Below are positions 39,708-47,762 of a DNA stretch of 64,000 bases, in pieces. Location: the NCBI GenBank assembly GCA_902778145.1, contig CACYWW010000005.1:65013-129012 (forward strand), written 5' to 3'. This DNA is from an uncultured Ruminococcus sp. GTDB taxonomy: Bacteria; Bacillota; Clostridia; Oscillospirales; CAG-272. Numbering within the stretch: position 1 is the first letter of the stretch; each line of letters begins with the position of its first letter. The notes beneath the pieces were generated by a model. It made no database searches, was not told the origin of the DNA, and saw only the letters and a program-made list of their open reading frames with translations. The position numbers were made by a program, and so were the translations under genes.

Positions 39708-41806
39708 AGCTCGTCGTGCTGGGTGCGGCTCAGGATATCCTCCTGTACCTCGGGCGAGAGCGTGACGTAATAAGCCGAAAAGCCCGACACGCGGACGACG
39801 AGCGACCGATACTGTTCGGGATGGACTCTCGCGTCCTCGAGCACCTTTCTTGAGGTTGAGTTTATCTGTATCTCCTGACCGCCGCGGCTGAAATAAACGC
39901 GTATCAGCTGCGCCAGCTTCTCACGCTTGCCGTCTTTGAAGGCGGACGGGGAGAATTTCTGATTTACGACGGTGCCGCAGGCGCAGCGCGTGTAATCCGG
40001 CTTCGATACGCTCAGAAGCGTAGACGTGACGCCGCGGACGTCGCAGCCGTACGTGGGGGACGCGGCGTCGGATAACGGTTTGTTCGCAAGTCTGCCGTCC
40101 GGCGTGGCGCCGAGCTCATGGCCCGCGTATATATTTGAAATGTTTGCCGCCATAGCGGTATAGACCGCGCCGCCGTCGTTCGTCCTGTATCCGTCGAAGA
40201 TATCCGAAAGATGCGACGTGTACCATACGGCGTACTTATCCGCGTATTCGTCATTGTTGCCGTATTTCGGAGCGGCGAGCACGAGCGCTCTCAGTTCATC
40301 ATATCCTTCGAAATCCGCCCTGAGCGCATCAGCAAGCTCCGACAGCGTAACCGCGCGGCGGTCGAAAACGACGTCCTCGATCGCTGAAAGCGAATCGCTC
40401 ACGGTTCCGATGCCCATGAGGACCGCGCCGTGTACCGACGGATATTTCGCTCCGCCCATATTTATATCGAGCCCGCGCTCTATGCAGCAGTCGCAGAAGC
40501 AGGACATGAACGGAGACGTCATTGACGAAGGATCTTCAACGTATGAAACAGCGTGCATCCACGCGGCGTACTGCGCGGCGCCCTCCTCAAGCTTTTTCTC
40601 GTACAGCCGCATGAATTCATCCATGGATCCTATCGAATCGAGCGTTTCCGCGTCGGAATCGCGCAGGATGGATTCGAGATATCTGATCGGATCGAATCTG
40701 CCGTCTACCCACGGCGGCTGTTTTCCCGTTATGAAATTCTCGATGCAGCCGACCATGCAGTAATTGCGTACGTCCTTTATATCGTATCCTTTGCGGGAAA
40801 GCGCCGCCATATTGACGGTATCGTTCATGAGCGCCGGATATCCGAGACCGGTGCCGATGACCTTCAGACACTCGTCAAGAAAGCTGTCGGGACAGTCGGG
40901 CGTTATGCGGGCTGAGAGGTTAGGTCCGGGCATATTTACGTCTCGCACAGCGTGCAGCGTGCAGTACGACAGCCCGTTCACTGAGCAGTTCCCGTCCTCG
41001 TCAACGCCGCCTATGCAGATGTTCACAACGTCGTCGCCGCCTTTGTATCTGCTCTCGCAGATCTTGACGAACGCGTTTGAAAGAAGCGATTCCGCGAATT
41101 CATCCGTAAGCGTGCCGTTTTCAACGTCGCGCCTGTACAGCGGGTAAAGATACATGTCAATCCTGCCGAGAGCCATCGCATATCTGCCCTCAAGCACGAA
41201 GCAGCTGTGTATCATCCAGACGAGCTGCAGTCCCTCGGCAAACGTAGCAGGCGCCCTTTCGGTCAGGGCACGGCAGTTATTTTCTATAAACGACAGCTTT
41301 TCCGTGTCGTATCCGTCTTTTCCGATCAGGGAATGAGCGGCGTCTGCGTAATTTGAAAGTCTCTTTGAGAGGGCGCGGACGGTCTTTTCCATACTGTGCA
41401 GAAAAGACAGCTTTTCGGGCTCTTCCGCGTGCGCCCCGATCGATTCATTTATCTTTGCAAGAAGTCCCGGCACTCCCTCTTTAACGGCTGTGAAATAATC
41501 CGCCGCAAAGTGGTCGCCGTTGCGGCCGAAACCGCGTTCGGGATATTTCGATACCGTCTCCGCGGCGCTCTGCCTTCCTTCCGGCGAAGCCTCCGCGAAA
41601 ACGTCCCGGATGCTTCCGGCGATCAGGTCATTTTTATAAATGAACGGCGACGGAAGGCTGAAAAGCGCGGCGATACCGTCGGCACGCGCGCCGTGGTCAG
41701 ACTCGCTTTCGCTTTCCGCGTATCCGCGCGCCCGGAAAAGCTCCGGTGAAAAAACGCCCGCCGGTCTGTTCTTCATCTCGTTTTTAAGATCGTTTATGAC
41801 GCTCAT
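39704..41806 (-). CDS. glycyl radical enzyme, PFL2/dehydratase-like, about 700 aa
   Basis: The C-terminal 'LVVRVSGFSAYYVTLSPEVQEDILSRTQH' is the glycyl-radical motif, and a Cys loop 'MVGCIENF' is present. Start moved to ATG 41806 (MSVINDL, RBS AAGGAGCC); the 60 upstream codons of the ORF cross the divergent promoter region. Confidence 0.85.
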   Translation of the reverse strand: MSVINDLKNEMKNRPAGVFSPELFRARGYAESESESDHGARADGIAALFSLPSPFIYKNDLIAGSIRDVFAEASPEGRQSAAETVSKYPERGFGRNGDHFAADYFTAVKEGVPGLLAKINESIGAHAEEPEKLSFLHSMEKTVRALSKRLSNYADAAHSLIGKDGYDTEKLSFIENNCRALTERAPATFAEGLQLVWMIHSCFVLEGRYAMALGRIDMYLYPLYRRDVENGTLTDEFAESLLSNAFVKICESRYKGGDDVVNICIGGVDEDGNCSVNGLSYCTLHAVRDVNMPGPNLSARITPDCPDSFLDECLKVIGTGLGYPALMNDTVNMAALSRKGYDIKDVRNYCMVGCIENFITGKQPPWVDGRFDPIRYLESILRDSDAETLDSIGSMDEFMRLYEKKLEEGAAQYAAWMHAVSYVEDPSSMTSPFMSCFCDCCIERGLDINMGGAKYPSVHGAVLMGIGTVSDSLSAIEDVVFDRRAVTLSELADALRADFEGYDELRALVLAAPKYGNNDEYADKYAVWYTSHLSDIFDGYRTNDGGAVYTAMAANISNIYAGHELGATPDGRLANKPLSDAASPTYGCDVRGVTSTLLSVSKPDYTRCACGTVVNQKFSPSAFKDGKREKLAQLIRVYFSRGGQEIQINSTSRKVLEDARVHPEQYRSLVVRVSGFSAYYVTLSPEVQEDILSRTQHDEL

Positions 41807-41891
41807 ATATAAGGCTCCTTCATAAAACTCATTACATCGTAAGTATACCACGTACAGCGCCGCTTTTACAATGGATAATATAGAAATAATC

Positions 41892-41920
41892 TTGACATTT
41901 TTAAGATATTGTTGTACAAT
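41892..41920 (+). promoter_or_regulatory. promoter of the AraC-family regulator
   Basis: TTGACA, 17 nt, TACAAT. Confidence 0.5.
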
Positions 41921-41938
41921 AGATCCGGAGGTGACGAT

Positions 41939-42715
41939 ATGGACGACAATAGACTTCCCGATCTTCCGAGGATACTTTTCGCTCACAGGTTCGCATCCGA
42001 CAGATACGCGGCAGCGCTTCCCTGCGCGGACGGCAGGATCGAGATAACATGTATAACAAAGGGCTCGTTTTCCGTGCGTCAGGGCGACGTTTCGGGAAAC
42101 GCCGCGGCGGGGGACATGGTATGCAATTTCTTCGGCTCGCCGCTTAAGATCGACGCGCCGTTACCTCATGAGCATCACACGGTATGTTTTTATTCTCCGG
42201 AGGGGTTTTCATATCTGCACAAAATTCCGCTGATCGTCAGATCTCAAAGGATCTTTCAGAGATGCCGCCGGCTGATAGACGAAACGATACGCGTCCATAC
42301 CATGTACCCGACGGACACGCTGCGCGTCGCCGGGCTGTTTTTCCAGATCGCGGGGGAGCTTTTGTCGGATAACCCGGCGGAAGGCGCGGCACCCTCCGAC
42401 CGGCTCTACGCCGAAAGGGCGAAAAACTATGTTTACGAGCATATTTACGAGATGCAGGACCAGCGCGCGGCGGCAAAGAGCCTCGGTATAACTCCGGAAT
42501 ATCTTTGCGCCGTATTCAGAAAATCGGAGGGGAGATCGCTCATCAGATTCACGAACGAGCTGAAGCTCGAAAACATTCTCGAGCTGATGCGGTCAAAGGG
42601 CGTGACTCTCGCTGAGGCTTCGGCGCAGTACGGCTTCTCCGATCCGAATTACGTCAGCCGTCTTTTTAAAAAATATTTCGGTGAAAACATAACTGAAACA
42701 CTCAAAAAGCCGTGA
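41939..42715 (+). CDS. AraC-family transcriptional regulator (cupin-like N-domain + HTH)
   Basis: C-terminal 'AAAKSLGITPEYLCAVFRK...FSDPNYVSRLFKKYFG'. It is divergent from the GRE operon. Start at ATG 41939 with GGAGGTG upstream. Confidence 0.85.
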   Translation: MDDNRLPDLPRILFAHRFASDRYAAALPCADGRIEITCITKGSFSVRQGDVSGNAAAGDMVCNFFGSPLKIDAPLPHEHHTVCFYSPEGFSYLHKIPLIVRSQRIFQRCRRLIDETIRVHTMYPTDTLRVAGLFFQIAGELLSDNPAEGAAPSDRLYAERAKNYVYEHIYEMQDQRAAAKSLGITPEYLCAVFRKSEGRSLIRFTNELKLENILELMRSKGVTLAEASAQYGFSDPNYVSRLFKKYFGENITETLKKP

Positions 42716-42743
42716 TTTATTTACATTTTTTGTGTATTTTATA

Positions 42744-42772
42744 TTGACTTTTCGACGCAGTTGAATTATAAT
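42744..42772 (+). promoter_or_regulatory. promoter of the 174-aa ORF / RT module
   Basis: TTGACT, 17 nt, TATAAT. Confidence 0.6.
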
Positions 42773-42813
42773 GGAAAAAAGGTTCCTATATAAAAAAACA
42801 AGGAGATTGGGAA

Positions 42814-43338
42814 ATGGGATTTTTATCTAAACTGTTCGGCGGCAGCAAAGACGCCGAAAAAACAGCTCTCGATCTGCTCAAGAATCTTATGAATTCCGAT
42901 AAAAAGGAAGATCGTAAAGAGGAAAAGAAGCAGGAAGAAGCGCCCGCGCCGGCGCAGGACCCGAGCCCCGTTTATGACAGCACCGATTCCGGCCCCTCCG
43001 GTTTTTCATGGGGTGAAAGAATGCCCGCGGAAGAAAACCAGTACAACTACAACGGCACCTACAGAGAATACTTTGAGCATATCTTCCGCGACGACTTTTC
43101 ACAGTATCAGCTCAAAGCCGAGCCTCAGCCCGGCGGCAAGCGCATAGTGTACACGCTGTTCGACCTCGGGCGTACCGTTTGCGTCGTGGAGGTCATGCAT
43201 CAGGGCAGCGACTCAAAGAAGCTGCGCGAGAAGTGCCGGAGAAACGGTATAGGCTACTGCCGTTTCTACCACAACCATGACGGCTGGTGGAACACGCGTG
43301 AATACGTAGTCACCCGTATCAAAGAAGCCATAGGCTGA
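42814..43338 (+). CDS. hypothetical protein: disordered K/E/P-rich N-half, compact C-terminal domain (weak PD-(D/E)xK-like pattern)
   Basis: RBS AAGGAGA. The C-terminus is 'YFEHIF..F..Y.L....IVYTLFDLGRTVCVVEVMHQ.....KLREKCRRNGIGYCRFY'. Confidence 0.6.
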   Translation: MGFLSKLFGGSKDAEKTALDLLKNLMNSDKKEDRKEEKKQEEAPAPAQDPSPVYDSTDSGPSGFSWGERMPAEENQYNYNGTYREYFEHIFRDDFSQYQLKAEPQPGGKRIVYTLFDLGRTVCVVEVMHQGSDSKKLREKCRRNGIGYCRFYHNHDGWWNTREYVVTRIKEAIG

Positions 43339-43347
43339 CAAAACACA

Positions 43348-43489
43348 GAAAAAAGCGGAAAGAGAACGCCACGTGCGCCTGCGGAGGACCAGGCACGGAC
43401 GATAACGGAGCTTCGCAGGCAGCCCGTCCGTGTACGGCCCGGTACATCCCGTAATTATACGGGCTTTAAAGTCTTCTCTTTCCGTTTTT
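43348..43489 (+). other. inverted-repeat-bracketed structured spacer immediately upstream of the RT (candidate ncRNA)
   Basis: gAAAAAAGCGGAAAGAGAA (43348-43366) pairs with TTCTCTTTCCGTTTTT (43474-43489), 16 pairs with one bulge. The 107 nt between are GC-rich and contain hairpins, for example cccgta-atta-tacggg (43448-43463) and cacggacg/cgtccgtg (43394-43401 / 43425-43432). Confidence 0.35.
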
Positions 43490-43501
43490 ATATTTTTGAA
43501 A

Positions 43502-44689
43502 ATGTCACTGCTCGACAAGCTGAGAGATCCCGCAGTATGGGAAAAATTCTACGAATATAAATCCGGGCTCTCATGCCCCGGATCATACCTGAAGGAGCTG
43601 CGCGGCTTCATCGACCGGGCGGGTTATCTGCCCGTCTGCGATACGATCGATTCGGGCGGCGTTTTTCCGCTGCCGAAAAAAAGCGTTATAAGCAAGGTCG
43701 GCTCCGAAAAAAAGCGCACGGTCTACACGTACCCGGACGACGAGAACACGACCCTGAAGCTGCTCACGCATCTTCTCCTCCGCAGGTACGACGGACTTTT
43801 CTCCCCCGGCCTCTACTCCTTCCGTCCCGGAAGGACGGCAAAGGACGCGGTGCGGCGGCTGAGAAGGATTTCCCGCGGGATGTACAGCTATAAGACCGAC
43901 ATACACGATTATTTCAACTCAATACCGCTTGACAGATTTATCCCGCTTCTCCGCTCGGTGACCGGGGAAGACCCGCGTTTGTTCTCTTTCCTCTCTTCTC
44001 TTTTGCTTGAAAGCCGCGTGACAGACCGCGGCAGGGTGACGGAGGAACAAAAGGGGATCATGGCGGGAACGCCGCTGTCCGCGTTTTACGCGAATCTTTA
44101 CCTTTCGGAGCTCGACCGTCATTTCGACGGCGTACCGTACGCGCGGTATTCAGACGACATCATAGTCTTCGCAAAGGACAGGAACGAGCTTGACGGACAC
44201 GTTGAATACATAAATTCCGCGCTCTCCCGCGCGGGTCTCACGGTCAACCCGAAAAAGGAGACGTACGGGGAGCCGGACGAGGGCTTCGTTTTTCTCGGCT
44301 TCATCTGCTCGGACGGCGTGACGGACATCGCGCCGGTGACCGTTGTCAAGCTGAAGAAGAAAATGCGGCGCAAGGCGCGTTCGCTCGTCCGCTGGTACAA
44401 CAGGACGGACTCCGATCCGGAGCGAGCCGCCGCCGCTTTCATCCGTGTCTTCAACCGCAAGCTCCTCGACGACCCGCAGGGCAACGAGCTCTCCTGGAGC
44501 CGCTGGTTCTTCTCAGTCATAAACACGGACAAAAGCCTGCACGAGATCGACCTTTACGCTCAGGACTGTATACGGTACATAATATCCGGTTCGCGTAAAA
44601 AAACGCGCTTCCGTGTGACGTACGACGACATGAAGGCGCTTGGGTACAGAAGCCTTGTGCACGAATACCATAAGGATTCAAAATCATGA
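43502..44689 (+). CDS. stand-alone reverse transcriptase (RNA-directed DNA polymerase), class unresolved
   Basis: RT motifs are 'YSFRPGRTAKDA', 'TDIHDYFNSIP', 'GIMAGTPLSAFYANLYL', catalytic 'YSDDIIVFA', 'GLTVNPKKE' and 'GFVFLGF', followed by a ~130-aa basic thumb-like tail. The start is uncertain: ATG 43502 has no obvious SD, and GTG 43430 is the alternative. Confidence 0.85.
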   Translation: MSLLDKLRDPAVWEKFYEYKSGLSCPGSYLKELRGFIDRAGYLPVCDTIDSGGVFPLPKKSVISKVGSEKKRTVYTYPDDENTTLKLLTHLLLRRYDGLFSPGLYSFRPGRTAKDAVRRLRRISRGMYSYKTDIHDYFNSIPLDRFIPLLRSVTGEDPRLFSFLSSLLLESRVTDRGRVTEEQKGIMAGTPLSAFYANLYLSELDRHFDGVPYARYSDDIIVFAKDRNELDGHVEYINSALSRAGLTVNPKKETYGEPDEGFVFLGFICSDGVTDIAPVTVVKLKKKMRRKARSLVRWYNRTDSDPERAAAAFIRVFNRKLLDDPQGNELSWSRWFFSVINTDKSLHEIDLYAQDCIRYIISGSRKKTRFRVTYDDMKALGYRSLVHEYHKDSKS

Positions 44690-44729
44690 ATGATGAATTC
44701 AGAATTCTTCATTAATGTCCGGTATTGTG

Positions 44730-44758
44730 TTGACAAAACGCGTTTTCGGGGTTATAAT
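44730..44758 (+). promoter_or_regulatory. promoter of the alpha/beta hydrolase gene
   Basis: TTGACA, 17 nt, TATAAT (perfect consensus). Confidence 0.65.
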
Positions 44759-44783
44759 TATAAAAAATCAGCGGGAGAAAGTC

Positions 44784-45638
44784 ATGAGATCATTTGACGG
44801 AAAAGAGCTTTACACATACCTTTGGGACGACGTGAAGGATCCGGTCGGAGTCGTACAGCTCTGCCACGGCATGTGCGAACATCTGGGCAGATACGACGGC
44901 TTTGCGCGGTTCCTCAATAAAAACGGATACATAGTTTTCGGTGACGACCACAGAAGCTACGGCAAAACGGACAACAACTCGGGCTACTGCGACGGCGAAT
45001 ACGTGGGCGACACGGTCAGAGACCTCGTATTCATAAACGAATACCTCAAGAAGGAATACGGTCTTCCTATCACGTTCATAGGCCACAGCTACGGAAGCGT
45101 ACTGGGTCAGAGGTTCGTACAGCTCAACACGGGGATAAAGAACGCCGTGCTTACCGGAACGCTGACGATACCGCACGCGCTCTGCCGTCTCGGACAGGGC
45201 GTCATGGCGCCGGTAAAGGCGATAGCGCCGCATGCGGGCGTCGCGCTTTCGAGCGCGAAATTCCCGGACGAGGACGAGGCACCGGATTCGTTCCTCACAA
45301 AGGATACGGAGATCAGACGTCAGTACGCCGAGGATCCGCTCTGCGGCGGAAAATCGTCGATGAGATATTACTACGGCTTTATAAAGCTGATGGGTGACGC
45401 GACAAAAAAGGCGAACGTCAAGGCGATCCCGGACAGTCTTCCGATAGGGATATTCAGCGGCAAAGACGACGGTATCGGGCATTTCGGCAAGGACCCGCGA
45501 AAGGTGTATGAGACGTACAAAAAGTACGGCAAGAACGCGTATCTGAAGCTCTACGAAAACGACCGGCACGAGATCCTGAACGAGACTGACAAGGATCGCG
45601 TGATGAACGACATCCTCGAATTCATAAAAAACAACTGA
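44784..45638 (+). CDS. alpha/beta hydrolase (lysophospholipase / monoacylglycerol-lipase-like)
   Basis: 'CHGMCEH' oxyanion region, nucleophile elbow 'GHSYGS', and C-terminal 'DRHEILNE' His. Start at ATG 44784 with GGGAGAAAG upstream. Confidence 0.8.
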   Translation: MRSFDGKELYTYLWDDVKDPVGVVQLCHGMCEHLGRYDGFARFLNKNGYIVFGDDHRSYGKTDNNSGYCDGEYVGDTVRDLVFINEYLKKEYGLPITFIGHSYGSVLGQRFVQLNTGIKNAVLTGTLTIPHALCRLGQGVMAPVKAIAPHAGVALSSAKFPDEDEAPDSFLTKDTEIRRQYAEDPLCGGKSSMRYYYGFIKLMGDATKKANVKAIPDSLPIGIFSGKDDGIGHFGKDPRKVYETYKKYGKNAYLKLYENDRHEILNETDKDRVMNDILEFIKNN

Positions 45639-46012
45639 AAAAAACGCGGTCTTGCGGTGTACTTCGTAAGGAAGTACACCGCAGCTAAATTCGCTTCGCG
45701 AGCTAAATTATGCTTCGCATAGCTAAATTCGCCTTGCGGCGAGCTAAATTGGGCTTCGCCCAGCTAAATTTGCTTCGCAAGCTAAATTCGGCTTTGCCGA
45801 GCTGAAAAAGGCGAATTTAGGGACAATTTAGCTATCGAACGCAGTGAGATAATTTAGCTGCGAGCAACTGCGAGCAATTTAGCTGTTTTCAAAATCATTC
45901 TTAATATCAAAGCGATTAGAACAAGCTGAAAGAGAATAACCCACTATAACACTTTCAATAATAGAAAGATGTCAGAGTGGGTTTGTTTCTTCCTTACGCA
46001 GCCTCTCCCTTG
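45638..46012 (+). repeat. composite structured repeat element, copy 1 (GNRA hairpin + opposed AGCTAAATT/mini-hairpin arrays + AT-rich tail + terminal hairpin)
   Basis: 12-bp hairpin gcggtgtacttc-GTAA-gaagtacaccgc (45654-45682). Six exact AGCTAAATT at 45683, 45701, 45721, 45742, 45762 and 45780. Three exact AATTTAGCT at 45825, 45851 and 45876. Terminal hairpin aacccact.../...agtgggtt plus a T-rich tract (45938-45993). Confidence 0.9.
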
Positions 46013-46022
46013 CCGCGTTTTT

Positions 46023-47699
<1,677 letters not shown>

Positions 47700-47733
47700 T
47701 CATTATGCGGACGCTTTTTCACCTGACGGGGTG

Positions 47734-47762
47734 ATTATACACCATAAAATGCAATTTGTCAA
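47734..47762 (-). promoter_or_regulatory. pyrG promoter
   Basis: Minus strand: TTGACA, 17 nt, TATAAT (perfect consensus). Confidence 0.6.

Noticed and set aside
41807-41986. 60-codon N-terminal extension of the glycyl radical enzyme ORF
   Set aside because: The extension is AT-rich and hydrophobic nonsense (…IISILSIVKAALYVVYL…). It overlaps the divergent AraC promoter and start, whereas ATG 41806 has a strong AAGGAG RBS.
43339-43558. The frame of the 174-aa ORF stays open for ~70 codons beyond its TGA stop (possible read-through or selenocysteine-type recoding into the spacer)
   Set aside because: Open frames of this length are common by chance in GC-rich DNA. The extension is in a different frame from the RT, crosses the inverted repeat, and has no SECIS-like context that I can defend.
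42814-44689. Diversity-generating retroelement (TR/VR pair with the RT)
   Set aside because: The spacer upstream of the RT has no visibly similar partner at the 3' end of either neighbouring gene. RT motif 4 lacks the DGR-type SQ signature, and there is no Avd-like four-helix ORF. This was checked by eye only; a dot-plot would be decisive.
43430-44783. RT as a group II intron-encoded protein
   Set aside because: There is no maturase-En (HNH) C-terminus and no domain V/VI-like RNA downstream (44690-44783 is AT-rich with an EcoRI-site hairpin and then a promoter). No interrupted host gene or recognisable 5' GUGYG boundary is present.
45683-45884. CRISPR array interpretation of the AGCTAAATT repeats (also 60228-60476)
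   Set aside because: The repeats are only 9 bp and the spacers 9-18 bp and self-complementary. The array switches orientation in the middle, there is no leader or cas gene, and the same spacers recur in both copies.
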